In this document: one piece after another, positions 50,427-60,777 of the stretch
Position numbering within the stretch: position 1 is the stretch's first letter
How the letters are laid out: each line of letters begins with the position of its first letter
Sequence record: KX011028.1
DNA from: Staphylococcus phage pSco-10
Reading direction: 5' to 3' (one strand)
DNA length: 64,000 bases
Notes under the pieces: generated by a model
The model's database searches: none
Told to the model about the DNA's origin: nothing
Seen by the model: the letters and a program-made list of their open reading frames with translations, nothing else
Program-made: the position numbers and the translations under genes

Positions 50427-50642
50427 TTATATATCTAATTTCCTACCTAGGTACTTCTCTAATGAGGGTAAGAATTCTTGCTCACTAAACAAATAATGAC
50501 TACCTTCCATATAAGCTTTAAACCCTGCTACTTGTGAATCCCTCATATTAAAAAGGGTTTTTGCAGTATCAAGGAATGTATCTATATGAACATAACCATT
50601 AAATTTAGGAGTGTTATTTTCAGGTGTCTTTTTTCTAGCCAT
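50427..50642 (-). CDS. hypothetical protein
   Basis: 71 aa ORF between a connector-like gene and the sheath gene. Confidence 0.4.
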   Translation of the reverse strand: MARKKTPENNTPKFNGYVHIDTFLDTAKTLFNMRDSQVAGFKAYMEGSHYLFSEQEFLPSLEKYLGRKLDI

Positions 50643-50643
50643 C

Positions 50644-51480
50644 CTACTTCCAATCCTTTCTTTCTTTAAAAGTTAGTTTATTAATATCTTGTGTAATAGT
50701 ATAATCCAAGTCTAGAGAACTTGTGTACTTAATAATTGTTGGTCTCCCAAAAATCATTGAGTCACCATCTTCTATTATTGGTGCAATATCACCAAAGGAC
50801 AAATTCTGTAATTGGAATGTTTGTTGCTCTTCTATACTATCTCTCATAGATATTAAAATCATTTTTAATACAGCATCTAAACATCGTGCAACATCTACAT
50901 TAAATGATAGACCTACAACTGTTACTTGTTCGTCAACTGTGAATCCTTTTACTAAACCTTTTGAATCATTTTTCTTCTCAGTAAAGATAATGTTAGCATT
51001 ATAATTCTCATAATCTTCATTAGTTTGATATCTAAATGATACTTTGTTACCTTCTACGTTAAGATTATCAAATTTTGCAAATTCAATATCTTCTACTTTT
51101 ATTAACTCTCCTATAGGTTTAGAAACAGTAAAAACTAACTTATCATCTTCTCTTATTGCTGTAGAAGATTCGACTAAGGTATCTCCTGTTGCCTCAAAGT
51201 AAGATGACTGAATACTCCCTAAAGAGTTTTTTGTCTCTTGTCCTTGACCTAACTGTATCAAGTAATGAGCTTCATAGTTATTTTTAAATTTTGGGAAGTT
51301 AAATCCTACCGTTACTTCATGTTGTGCATTTTTACCACAGAAAGCTTCTTTAAAGCTCTCTCTAGTTTGATAATCAAAGTCTTTTAAAACTTCATCTATA
51401 ATATAACAATTCTCTAGCACAGTGTTAAGTCTAGGCTTTATTTCTGATAATAAATATGAATCAACTGATGTTATTGCCAT
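50644..51480 (-). CDS. putative neck / tail-completion protein
   Basis: 278 aa; position only. Confidence 0.35.
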   Translation of the reverse strand: MAITSVDSYLLSEIKPRLNTVLENCYIIDEVLKDFDYQTRESFKEAFCGKNAQHEVTVGFNFPKFKNNYEAHYLIQLGQGQETKNSLGSIQSSYFEATGDTLVESSTAIREDDKLVFTVSKPIGELIKVEDIEFAKFDNLNVEGNKVSFRYQTNEDYENYNANIIFTEKKNDSKGLVKGFTVDEQVTVVGLSFNVDVARCLDAVLKMILISMRDSIEEQQTFQLQNLSFGDIAPIIEDGDSMIFGRPTIIKYTSSLDLDYTITQDINKLTFKERKDWK

Positions 51481-51498
51481 TTAATACTAACCCTCCTT

Positions 51499-52119
51499 TT
51501 AATTTAAATTTTTCATCTTCCAGTTCATTAGTTGCTTAACAGTTTTTAGAGTTGTTTTAGAGAAATTATTCTCATTAACTTTATCTCTATTAAGTATCCA
51601 TGAACTAGCAGGTGATTTACTAGAAACAGTTCTAAATATAAAGTAAGAAGACTGTCTCCCTCTTTTAACTTTAGTCATGTTGTGAGTCATAGGTTCCGGT
51701 TTCATTGATGGATGACTTACATTCTTTCTACGTCCTTCTAGATAATCAGTTATCTTAGAAGCTGAACCTGTACCTTTATTTACTTTTAATTTTCTCATAT
51801 CTTGATAAGTACTATTATTCATTCTACTAGTTTTAATGCGGATTGGTACAGTTAAATACCAACCTCCATCTTTACTAGTTTTCTTTTTAGATGAATGAGC
51901 AAACGCTTTTTTAAGGTCTACTACGCCTTCTTTTTCAAGTTTTTTCTCTGTTACTTGTAGATAAGTAGGCATACGTTTAATACTAGTATTCTCTACTTGC
52001 TGTGCTGTTGCTTGTAGCTTGTCAAGCACTTCTGAACGCATACCATCAATGGTTCTCTTACCTACCTGCTTATAGTTCTTATTTTTAAATAAGTTAGGTC
52101 TCTTTCCGTGAACTGGCAT
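51499..52119 (-). CDS. putative head-tail connector protein
   Basis: 206 aa; basic; position only. Confidence 0.35.
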   Translation of the reverse strand: MPVHGKRPNLFKNKNYKQVGKRTIDGMRSEVLDKLQATAQQVENTSIKRMPTYLQVTEKKLEKEGVVDLKKAFAHSSKKKTSKDGGWYLTVPIRIKTSRMNNSTYQDMRKLKVNKGTGSASKITDYLEGRRKNVSHPSMKPEPMTHNMTKVKRGRQSSYFIFRTVSSKSPASSWILNRDKVNENNFSKTTLKTVKQLMNWKMKNLN

Positions 52120-52997
52120 TATTTAAATGCACCTCCGAAGAATCCACCTAAATTACTAGGATTAGATGCCGAAGCTTTAGGGTCATCTACTTGAATTTCT
52201 AGGTCTTTTTCTATACCATCATTAACTTTATAAGGGTCTTGTAATACAATAACATCTTCCCTTTTAAGAAGTAATTTTTGGGGTAAGTTTTCAAATTTTG
52301 ATTTAGGTTGATTAAATTTAGTATACTGATAACGACTTTCTTTTAATATATCTGATACTACATATCTTAAAGTCATAAGTATCTTTAATGTAACTGTATG
52401 GTTCTCATATTTTTCATTTAAATACAATCTGTTATTCTTAATTTCATAATCTTCTTCGTAGACTGTACCATCTTGAGTGGCTATATAAGTTACTTCTTTT
52501 ACATCGTAGTATAACGGTATACCTTTTCTAATTCTATCTTTATTTACAAAATAAATCATTTGCTGAGGCATTAGTACTTCAGGAACAGTAAACCTATCTC
52601 TATAGGATATTCTCTTTTCTAATTGGGTTGTACCTATTGCAGTACCTGTATCTAATATCCCTATATCTAATTGGTTAGTTCCTTTCTCTTGAGACTGTAT
52701 TGCCATTATAGTCTCTTTAGGAGGTAAATAAGCAATCCCTTTACCATGACATCTAGGACAATCTACTCTAGGATGCCCTGAGTCAGGGTTAAGGCACGGG
52801 CAGAAATATGCTTCTTCCCATAGTACTTTTATACCTCGGTCATTAATAAACCTAATCATATCAATAGTATCAAACTCTAGTCTAGTAGTATACTTAGGTT
52901 TATCTTGTTCATCTGCTTGTGTTATAGTAGTATATGTTGTTGACTTATTAATAATATTAGGGTTAGAGTTGGCTCCTATCATATACGGTTTTTCCAT
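52119..52997 (-). CDS. putative head-tail connector protein with Cys4 zinc-ribbon motif
   Basis: 292 aa; contains CPCLNPDSGHPRVDCPRCHGKG. Confidence 0.35.
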   Translation of the reverse strand: MEKPYMIGANSNPNIINKSTTYTTITQADEQDKPKYTTRLEFDTIDMIRFINDRGIKVLWEEAYFCPCLNPDSGHPRVDCPRCHGKGIAYLPPKETIMAIQSQEKGTNQLDIGILDTGTAIGTTQLEKRISYRDRFTVPEVLMPQQMIYFVNKDRIRKGIPLYYDVKEVTYIATQDGTVYEEDYEIKNNRLYLNEKYENHTVTLKILMTLRYVVSDILKESRYQYTKFNQPKSKFENLPQKLLLKREDVIVLQDPYKVNDGIEKDLEIQVDDPKASASNPSNLGGFFGGAFK

Positions 52998-53010
52998 TTT
53001 CTAACCCTCC

Positions 53011-53919
53011 TTATAATCCTATCATATTATATCCAAAGTAAGCTCTTAGACCATCCAATAGTTCTTTTATATCTTCATTTATTTGAAGTATTTGAGCACT
53101 AGCTCCACCATACATAGCTGATTGAGTAGTTCCTATTGTTTCTGTAATACCGTCTACTTCTAATGTTTTATTAGCAATACCGGCACCAATGATTAAGTTA
53201 CCCCATACTTGGTATATTTCTTTCAATGCATATTTTATAACTAGCTGTTCTAACTCAGGAGGCATCTCCCAAGGTTTATTTCTTCCTGCTTTTTTACGTG
53301 GAAGCATACCTGATACATATTCTAGTCGTATCATTTGAGGTGCAAATGTTGCTCCTGATGGTGGGTATACACCTGCTAATTGAGGGTATCCATTGAATAC
53401 AGCATCATATGACATTGATTGTCCTGTTTGCATAAGTGCTGTAGGGAACAATTGAACATGACCGGCTAAATGCTCTACTTTCCACCAGTTAGCAGGGTAT
53501 TTATATATAGGTCTACCGTTAAATTGTAGCTGTAAGTTCTCTACCTGTAATATAGGTTTTCTGTAAGCATGTACAAACATATAGCTATTAAACTCTGTCT
53601 CATGATAATCTCTCATCTCATATTGAGTATCAGGTAGTATAGATATATCTAATGCTCTCTCAGCTTTACCTACTGCTCTTTCTAATATATGATTATAAAA
53701 CTCGTCACCCATAGGCTGTCCTGTATCAGGGTTTTGTACTACAATACCGAACATATAAGCTTTAACTGCATCAGGTGACCATCCATAGTCAGCTAATGTT
53801 AAGTTATCTATCTCCCTTACATCTATATGTTTAGGGTTACCATCAGGATGATAAGGATATTCATAGTTTAATGATTTTTCATAAGGGTCTAAGTCCCCTC
53901 CAAACATTGAGTTAACCAT
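53011..53919 (-). CDS. putative head completion / connector protein
   Basis: 302 aa; position after the major capsid protein region. Confidence 0.35.
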   Translation of the reverse strand: MVNSMFGGDLDPYEKSLNYEYPYHPDGNPKHIDVREIDNLTLADYGWSPDAVKAYMFGIVVQNPDTGQPMGDEFYNHILERAVGKAERALDISILPDTQYEMRDYHETEFNSYMFVHAYRKPILQVENLQLQFNGRPIYKYPANWWKVEHLAGHVQLFPTALMQTGQSMSYDAVFNGYPQLAGVYPPSGATFAPQMIRLEYVSGMLPRKKAGRNKPWEMPPELEQLVIKYALKEIYQVWGNLIIGAGIANKTLEVDGITETIGTTQSAMYGGASAQILQINEDIKELLDGLRAYFGYNMIGL

Positions 53920-53931
53920 TTAATTCACCCT

Positions 53932-54228
53932 TTACTTATTTTCATCTTTTTTGGCTGTTGTTTTACGTGCTGTAGATTTTCTAGTAGTGCTTGTAGATTT
54001 TCTAGTAGAGGCTTTCTTTTCCTCTTCTTTAGGTTCTTCTTCTTTACTAGTAGAAGCTGATTGTTTTCTAGTAGTTTTCTTTTCTTCTTCAAATTCAAAA
54101 CCTGGAACATTTGCAAACTCTTTTTCTTGTTCCTTAGTTAATCCTTTAACTACTCCGTCTTTATCAATCTCGACTGTACCATAAACAGTAGCCATTTTTT
54201 TATCTATTAATTTCTTATAGTATAACAT
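53932..54228 (-). CDS. small Lys/Glu/Thr-rich protein (histone-like low-complexity tail)
   Basis: 98 aa; C-terminal STRKSTSTTRKSTARKTTAKK repeats; preferred over the overlapping 53925..54116 frame. Confidence 0.4.
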   Translation of the reverse strand: MLYYKKLIDKKMATVYGTVEIDKDGVVKGLTKEQEKEFANVPGFEFEEEKKTTRKQSASTSKEEEPKEEEKKASTRKSTSTTRKSTARKTTAKKDENK

Positions 54229-54258
54229 ATTTATTGAGTCCCTTCAAGTTTATTTTAA

Positions 54259-54289
54259 TAAAAAAGGGATAAACCCTAAGTTTATCCCT
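54259..54289 (-). terminator. rho-independent terminator after the major capsid gene
   Basis: AGGGATAAAC (cctaa) GTTTATCCCT followed by T6 on the minus strand. Confidence 0.55.
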
Positions 54290-54319
54290 ATTCTCTTGTA
54301 TTCAGTTTTTCTTATTCTA

Positions 54320-55711
54320 TTAAACTGCGATATAACGAACGTTTTTAATACGAGCCCATTTTTTAGGAGCACGTAATGCTAATGCACCATACCATAATAC
54401 TGCAAATGTAATAGAAGCATTAATTTGAGCTAATGGTAATTTCATCATTGGAAGTAATTCGAATAAGTGAACTACTTGTGGTGACATTTCACCAACAAAT
54501 ACGTCTGCTGTTTCAGGTAATGTTTCGTTCTTATCTACGAATACGATTGAACCGTCTTCTTGTGCATCTTTAACTGGTACACGTTTGATTAAGAAATATT
54601 GACCAGTTTTCTTACCTTGACGGTAAATAGAAACGAATTGTGGTTGTTGTTGGTACATAGCGTTAACATTAATTGTTAATTTAACACCATCGTCAACGTT
54701 AGATACTGTAGCTGTTACTTCTTCAGAAGGAGCTGATTGAGCGTCATCTGAGTTAACGACTACTTTATATGATAATCCTGCACGGTCTTCTTCATCTTCA
54801 AAAGCACCTTTTTGCTTAGTTTCAACTGTAGCTGTAACTTTAGCAGGTTGTGGAGCATTTGGTAATGGTTGTAATGATTCATCTAAGATTAATTCATTTT
54901 CCATTACTGTAGAACCATGTAATTTAATGAATCCACGAGATGAGTAGAAACCATTTACACTGTAACCAGTATTAACGTTACCGCTGTTGTCTTGCATTAA
55001 TTGCATTTGACGACCTAAGATTGAGTTAACGAAGTCTGCATGTACACCGATAGGCATGTAAGCATCTGTAGCTGTACCGAAGCCTTTACCGATACGTACC
55101 GCTGCCTTATTTAAGTGGCGTTCTGTTAATTGTTCACCTTTAGCGTTAATTACGTTATTTTTGTCAATTAATTTAGCTAAACCATCAAACTCTAAACCTT
55201 CACCTTCAACTTCAGAAGTTAATGAAGCGTCACCGTAGAATGAAGCCCACTCAATTGTTTTTGCAACAACTGCGATAGCATCTTCTGTAAGGATTTGTGA
55301 TGGGTCAGCAATGTTATTTACTAAACCTGATGCAATTGACATGTTTTTAGTATCAGAAACGTATTTCATTGATACGGTTTTTTGACGGATATTTGGGTCA
55401 GATACAGGTGCTACTCCGATTTCTTTAACGAAACGAGAGTGACCTACGTTACCATGACGTAAATATTGGTCGTATTTTACTACTGTAGATTGAGCAGGAC
55501 GGCGTGAAATATCACGGTAGAAGATTAAGTCTTCATTAGTCCATGTTAACATTGTGATTTGGTCATCTAAAATTTCTCTACGTAAAGCTCCTGCGTCAAT
55601 TTGTGTATCAGGAGTGATTCCATAACCAGTTTGGAATGACTTTACTACGTCTTCTTGGAATTGGTCAGCGTACTTTTGTTGAACGTCTGACAGGTTCTTT
55701 TCGATAGTCAT
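54320..55711 (-). CDS. major capsid protein
   Basis: 463 aa; follows the portal-protease-scaffold genes; size typical of a major capsid protein. Confidence 0.75.
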   Translation of the reverse strand: MTIEKNLSDVQQKYADQFQEDVVKSFQTGYGITPDTQIDAGALRREILDDQITMLTWTNEDLIFYRDISRRPAQSTVVKYDQYLRHGNVGHSRFVKEIGVAPVSDPNIRQKTVSMKYVSDTKNMSIASGLVNNIADPSQILTEDAIAVVAKTIEWASFYGDASLTSEVEGEGLEFDGLAKLIDKNNVINAKGEQLTERHLNKAAVRIGKGFGTATDAYMPIGVHADFVNSILGRQMQLMQDNSGNVNTGYSVNGFYSSRGFIKLHGSTVMENELILDESLQPLPNAPQPAKVTATVETKQKGAFEDEEDRAGLSYKVVVNSDDAQSAPSEEVTATVSNVDDGVKLTINVNAMYQQQPQFVSIYRQGKKTGQYFLIKRVPVKDAQEDGSIVFVDKNETLPETADVFVGEMSPQVVHLFELLPMMKLPLAQINASITFAVLWYGALALRAPKKWARIKNVRYIAV

Positions 55712-55826
55712 ATAAATTTATCACCTTTCATTTGTGTTCTTTTTATTTTATGTAGGGTACAGTAAAATGTACCCTATTTATATTCTTTATTTACACCGTA
55801 TAATATAACACAACTTTGTGCGTTAA

Positions 55827-56768
55827 TTAAATTTGTGCAAAGTCTTTTACAGTTTTAATATCTTTCTCTGATGCATTAGTAGGGTCAGTGTTGATGTTCA
55901 AGTAAGATTGATAAGCTGATTGTAAATCATGCTTAGATGCTCTAGGGTCTTTAGCTTGTGCTTTATAAGAATCCATGAACTTAGTTCTTTCTTCTTGACT
56001 TAAACCTTTGAATGTGTCATCTTCTTGTACTGCTTCAGCTTCTTCTGTTTTTGCTTCTCCAGTTTCAGCTTGTTCTTCAGCATCTACTGACTTAGCAACA
56101 TAACCTTCTACTTTTTCTTGCTCTCCATTTGTAGATGTAACTGATTTTTCTACAGCTTCATCTTCAGCTTCATCAGTGTCTAATGATTTAGAAACATCTT
56201 CAGAACTAATATTAGAGATTTTTTCTGATAACTCATCAATTGATTTACTTACTTCATTTAAATCTTCTTTAGTAGCAAAGTTTTCTTTTTCCTTGTTTAA
56301 GTTTTCAAAAGATGTTAAGATAGATTTAAATACTGTTGTGATATCTTCATCAGAAATTGATTTAGAAGTTTTTTCCTTCTTATCTTCTTTCTTATCTTCA
56401 GTATCTTCCTCATCTTTATCTTCATCAGAATCTTTATCATCTTTTTTATTCTTACGTTTCTTGTTGTCTTTATCTTCTGTTTTAGTATCTTTATGGTCTA
56501 CAGGGTCATTAGATTCTTTAGCTGATTTCTCAACCTCTTCATCTTCTTTACCTTCAGACTCAACTTTTTCACCTTGCTCTTGTGCTTCTTTAGCATCTTC
56601 TTCAGTAACCTTTTCAGGTTCTTTAGCAGGCTCCTCAGTTGTTTCTGCTACTTGTTCTTCAGTAGCTTCTACTGTATTTTTTTCATCTTCATCTACAGAT
56701 TTAGAAACTGCCTCTTGAGCATTTAACTTATCATACTCTTCTAAAATATTTTGCATTTCTTTACTCAT
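55827..56768 (-). CDS. acidic low-complexity protein, putative scaffolding protein
   Basis: 313 aa, extremely Asp/Glu/Lys-rich; lies between the protease and major capsid genes. Confidence 0.35.
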   Translation of the reverse strand: MSKEMQNILEEYDKLNAQEAVSKSVDEDEKNTVEATEEQVAETTEEPAKEPEKVTEEDAKEAQEQGEKVESEGKEDEEVEKSAKESNDPVDHKDTKTEDKDNKKRKNKKDDKDSDEDKDEEDTEDKKEDKKEKTSKSISDEDITTVFKSILTSFENLNKEKENFATKEDLNEVSKSIDELSEKISNISSEDVSKSLDTDEAEDEAVEKSVTSTNGEQEKVEGYVAKSVDAEEQAETGEAKTEEAEAVQEDDTFKGLSQEERTKFMDSYKAQAKDPRASKHDLQSAYQSYLNINTDPTNASEKDIKTVKDFAQI

Positions 56769-56786
56769 AGAATGTATTCTCCTTAC

Positions 56787-57560
56787 CTATTCTAGTTTTT
56801 GTTTGTTTATATCCATTACTGCTAGTTCTGCATCTTTACGAGATAAACCTTTAGCTAGTTGTAACGTAAGGACTGATTCCTCATATCCCATACTATTAGA
56901 TTTACTCAAATCTTCAACAACGCCATTCCATACATCATTAAACTCTTTTAAATCTTTAATCTTAGTGACATACGCTAAATTTGTAATGCTAGATGCTATT
57001 TCTTCTTTTCTTAAAGCTCCTGCATCAACTTGAGTGTCAGGTGATGTACCGTGACCAGTTAAAAATGATTTCATAAAGCTTTCCCATGTTGCTTCAGGAT
57101 TAGCAGGATTTTTAACTAATGCAACCCCTGTTATCATAACTTCATCAATAACTCTATTGTCATTCACATTACGTTTTTTAACTGCACCTTCAATAGAAAA
57201 ACCTAAACGTCTTCCGCTACCTGATTTTTCTAATTTCTCAGCTAAATCAAGCATCTTAATAACATTTTCATCATTCTTCCATAACTTTGCTTCAATAAAT
57301 AAACCTTTTTCTATATCCACATAGCAATTCTCTGTAGGTATACCTACAACTTTATCACTTTGATGCTCATAATTAATGTACCCTTGTGATTTAAAATACT
57401 CTATATCTATTCCTTTAGGATTAACTATATCATTCTGTAAATCCATACTTGGAGTACTAGCCCATCCTGAAACGATAGAATACTCATTAGTATCAGAAGC
57501 TGTTGATACAGATTTCTTCAAATCCATCGGTACAAAAGCATTAAATTTTATTTCTTCCAA
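56787..57560 (-). CDS. prohead protease (HK97 U35-like)
   Basis: 257 aa; candidate catalytic His in ..YEHQSD.. and catalytic Ser in ..LGFSIEG.. Confidence 0.6.
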   Translation of the reverse strand: MEEIKFNAFVPMDLKKSVSTASDTNEYSIVSGWASTPSMDLQNDIVNPKGIDIEYFKSQGYINYEHQSDKVVGIPTENCYVDIEKGLFIEAKLWKNDENVIKMLDLAEKLEKSGSGRRLGFSIEGAVKKRNVNDNRVIDEVMITGVALVKNPANPEATWESFMKSFLTGHGTSPDTQVDAGALRKEEIASSITNLAYVTKIKDLKEFNDVWNGVVEDLSKSNSMGYEESVLTLQLAKGLSRKDAELAVMDINKQKLE

Positions 57561-57711
57561 AGGTGTCTACACCTCCACTTGTTATTTTATTTACTTTTAC
57601 GTTAATAATATAACAATAATAACTTGTAAGTGAAATATTAATATTTTATATGTATTAATATCAATTACATATAGTATACCATAGTTATTACATTTATCAA
57701 AATTAAATTAA

Positions 57712-57748
57712 CAAAAAAATAAATAAAGCCTAGATTTATTCTAGGCTT
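57712..57748 (-). terminator. rho-independent terminator
   Basis: AAGCCTAGA (tttatt) TCTAGGCTT followed by a T-rich run on the minus strand. Confidence 0.5.
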
Positions 57749-57753
57749 ATTAA

Positions 57754-58278
57754 TTAATGTTTAAATATTTCAATAGACCTGTTTATATAATAACTCGTTT
57801 TATTATATTTATCTTTCAATTCTTTCTTACTTAATCCATTGCAGTAATCTAAATATATGCTATATTTAATATCATCATTCTTACTTCTTATAATATAGTT
57901 TCTTAGGTTATGATAATCCTTATTTTTAAGTATATTATTTAACTTACTGTTTTCAACATTATTTAGTATAAAAGATAAATCACTGTAACTACAATTTATT
58001 TCAATATAATCTATATTTTTATTCTTACAATAGTTATATTTCTCTAAATCAGATTCCTTTGTTTTCTCATGATTCATGTAACCATTTAATTCTCTATAAT
58101 GCTGTAATCCATGAGTTTCTATAACCATATTTAATTTAGGTAAATAAAAATCAAACTTTCTATTAGGTAAATCTTTAAATACTTTTTGGTATTCATAATT
58201 TAAATTATTTAATTCTAGTAATCCTATCATTAATCTTTCAGGGTATGTTATAGTTGAACTACATCTGTGACATATCAT
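57754..58278 (-). CDS. Vsr/PD-(D/E)XK-like endonuclease; paralog of the nuclease domain of the 46395..47399 gene
   Basis: FDFYLPKLNMVIETHGLQHY...DLEKYNYCKNKNIDYIEI shares the D...IE.xG.QHY pattern; 174 aa; no DNA-binding repeats. Confidence 0.55.
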   Translation of the reverse strand: MICHRCSSTITYPERLMIGLLELNNLNYEYQKVFKDLPNRKFDFYLPKLNMVIETHGLQHYRELNGYMNHEKTKESDLEKYNYCKNKNIDYIEINCSYSDLSFILNNVENSKLNNILKNKDYHNLRNYIIRSKNDDIKYSIYLDYCNGLSKKELKDKYNKTSYYINRSIEIFKH

Positions 58279-58678
58279 ATTCTTCTTTATACTCTGAACA
58301 TATCATAGTATAAACTATTCCTACATTCTTAACCTTTCTAATAGTTCTTACAGTGTCACCATTAACTACTTCCTGCTCTCGATATTTAGCTTTATTAGGA
58401 GGATTAACTATTTTATTTATATTTAGTGTCTTTAAATCATGAGGGTCTATTACCTTAACATAATTATCATATTCAACTTTAACTTTTCCTTTATCTTCCA
58501 TATGATAAGTTACATAAAATAGACCCTTCTTACCTTTGTAATAAAAACTTACTTCTGTATTTAAACACTTTTTCCAATTTTTTCTAGGGGTATCTTTACG
58601 ATACCCACTATCACCTTTTTGTAAATAAGGAACGTTAGTTAAATCAATCCAATTATTATCTTTATATATAACTGACAT
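58259..58678 (-). CDS. hypothetical protein; start coupled to the portal stop (TAAGGAGGT)
   Basis: 139 aa; strong Shine-Dalgarno overlapping the portal stop; overlaps the downstream endonuclease ORF by 20 nt. Confidence 0.45.
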   Translation of the reverse strand: MSVIYKDNNWIDLTNVPYLQKGDSGYRKDTPRKNWKKCLNTEVSFYYKGKKGLFYVTYHMEDKGKVKVEYDNYVKVIDPHDLKTLNINKIVNPPNKAKYREQEVVNGDTVRTIRKVKNVGIVYTMICSEYKEEYDMSQM

Positions 58679-58698
58679 TTAATTTTTTTACCTCCTTA

Positions 58699-60393
58699 TT
58701 AGTGTTTAAAATCAGAAGACTTTTCACCTTTTTTACCTTGACCCTTGTTAGACGTTTCTGTTCTATAAACGTTTGTATCTCCTTTAATTTGGGAGTCAGT
58801 TCCTACTTCAGGGTTACCATCATTACTAGAATCTGCCGATTGACTGTCTTCGGAATCGTCATTATCTCCCTCTAGTAAACTCATCATCATTTGTAAACGT
58901 TCTTTTTGTTTACCATCATCATATTGTTTCTCTTGTTGTAATTGAGCTGTTGCTTGTAAGAATGAAGCATCTAAAATAATGTCTCCACCTTCAATAGGTT
59001 TCTTACCTTGCTCTTCTCTAGCCTCGTTTACTGTTTTGAATATTTGAGTTTCAAGTTTAAGGATATTAAGCTTATCTGTAGCACTCTTAGTATCTCCACC
59101 AACAAATTGGAAAGTATATTTATCTCCATATTCTGATATAATATGTCTATTAACTAAATCTTCGATAAATCTAAGTAAAGGTTGTAACCCTTTATTTTGA
59201 GATTGTTGTTGTTTTTTACCTGGGTCAGCCTCATTTAAAGTAGAGCCACCTTTAGAACCTGTAGCTCCTCCTCTATTAGGGAAACCAATTTCTGCAGGGT
59301 CAATACCATACAAAGCAGATATAATATTAATAAGATAGTTTAACCATTTCTCGAATTGCATATCATTAGCAGTAGGGGTCATATTAACAAATTTAATATC
59401 GTCTGCCATTACCACCGGAATTTGCCATGAACCATTGATACCTGATAAACTTGATTTCCATTCACGCTTAAAATTCTCTAATGCATGTTGTGATTGTTGT
59501 TGGTCTGAACGTATTTGTAAAATACCTCTAGTAGTACCACCGTGTGAGAAAAATCTATCATTAAATGATTCAGTATTATTGTAGGCAATAAATTCTTTCA
59601 TAGCTATCTCTACTTCTGATAATCCATATCCGGAAGAAGATAATTCAGTTCTAGGGTTTCTTATACCCATAGCCAATTCTCTAGAAGTAAAACTAGCCAC
59701 TACTCTTTTATCTACTACCTGAACAAATCTCTTGCCACCCTTAATAATTTTACCTTTTTTATCTGTTGCATAAAAAATAGTAGAAGGGTCTACTGCTATG
59801 AATTTCTCTAATCTAGTTTTATTGTTCTTACTAAATACTTTTTCAAAGTTAACCTGGTCATAGATATAAGTATCTCTAACAATTTTCTTACAGAAAGTTT
59901 GGAACGAGTCTCTGTCTACATCTTTATCTTTACCAGTATTAACAATAAAATCTTCTATACGTTTCATTTCTTCTTTTTCTTTTCTACCTGGCTCTGCATC
60001 TAGGTCTCTTAGTCTTACCTCAAAACCTAAACCTTTCTCTGAATATCTTGCAGGTTGACAATACATAGCTACTTGATTTGAACGTGTAAGTATGATAGCA
60101 TTAAGAATAGGGTTGTTACCAAACTTTTTCAAAACATCATGTAAATTATGTTCATTCTTCATGTAACTTCTCTTGTCTCTAAACTCAGGATTAGTATCCA
60201 TCATTTCTATAAATGGCTCTGCATAAGCCTGTTGCTGTCCGTATAAAGACTTAGTTAAGTCTTGATATTCTTTATTGTCTTGTTCTATTTTTTTAATGTT
60301 AGCTTGTAATCCCTCATCAATAGGAACCTGAGCAATAGTACTATTATTACTGTAGCTCTTACCTAATCTGAATTGCTTAAATAAATCTGCCAA
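58699..60393 (-). CDS. portal protein
   Basis: 564 aa; upstream of the prohead protease and capsid genes; size and synteny only. Confidence 0.65.
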   Translation of the reverse strand: MADLFKQFRLGKSYSNNSTIAQVPIDEGLQANIKKIEQDNKEYQDLTKSLYGQQQAYAEPFIEMMDTNPEFRDKRSYMKNEHNLHDVLKKFGNNPILNAIILTRSNQVAMYCQPARYSEKGLGFEVRLRDLDAEPGRKEKEEMKRIEDFIVNTGKDKDVDRDSFQTFCKKIVRDTYIYDQVNFEKVFSKNNKTRLEKFIAVDPSTIFYATDKKGKIIKGGKRFVQVVDKRVVASFTSRELAMGIRNPRTELSSSGYGLSEVEIAMKEFIAYNNTESFNDRFFSHGGTTRGILQIRSDQQQSQHALENFKREWKSSLSGINGSWQIPVVMADDIKFVNMTPTANDMQFEKWLNYLINIISALYGIDPAEIGFPNRGGATGSKGGSTLNEADPGKKQQQSQNKGLQPLLRFIEDLVNRHIISEYGDKYTFQFVGGDTKSATDKLNILKLETQIFKTVNEAREEQGKKPIEGGDIILDASFLQATAQLQQEKQYDDGKQKERLQMMMSLLEGDNDDSEDSQSADSSNDGNPEVGTDSQIKGDTNVYRTETSNKGQGKKGEKSSDFKH

Positions 60394-60396
60394 TTA

Positions 60397-60777
60397 CTAG
60401 TCACCTCTACTCCCTCTTACTGTAGTTAATACAACAGTGTTATTATAAGTTACATCTCTAATATGTTGAGGGATATTTATTTTAACCTCGAACGGTTCTT
60501 CAATGTAATAAAACATCTTTTTACTTTCCATAACAATATCATAATCTTCTAATAGTATATTATTATCTTTATCTACTAATATTACTTTATTGTCTTTTGT
60601 TGCTTCTAAAATCATGTATTTTACTTTATTTAAAGCAATAAAAACAGCTACGTGTTTTCCACCTATCTGTCTATAATAATCTACAATCTCTATCCAATTA
60701 TCTTGCATTCCTTGACCTTTAATGAAATCTTTTGCTTCATCCCATTTTTTATCTTTAGAGAATATCAACCTATTCAC
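60397..60777 (-). CDS. hypothetical protein
   Basis: 126 aa ORF immediately upstream of the portal gene. Confidence 0.45.
   Translation of the reverse strand: MNRLIFSKDKKWDEAKDFIKGQGMQDNWIEIVDYYRQIGGKHVAVFIALNKVKYMILEATKDNKVILVDKDNNILLEDYDIVMESKKMFYYIEEPFEVKINIPQHIRDVTYNNTVVLTTVRGSRGD

Noticed and set aside
53925-54116. 63-aa Lys-rich ORF overlapping 53932..54228 in another frame
   Set aside because: The longer 98-aa frame has a plausible start and fills the gap to the upstream terminator; the shorter one is an alternative reading of the same Lys/Glu-rich repeats.
55740-55790. Hairpin TAGGGTACAGTAAAATGTACCCTA between the scaffold-like gene and the major capsid gene, as a possible terminator
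   Set aside because: On the transcribed (minus) strand it is not followed by a U-run; more likely an RNA processing or stability element. Insufficient support to call a feature.
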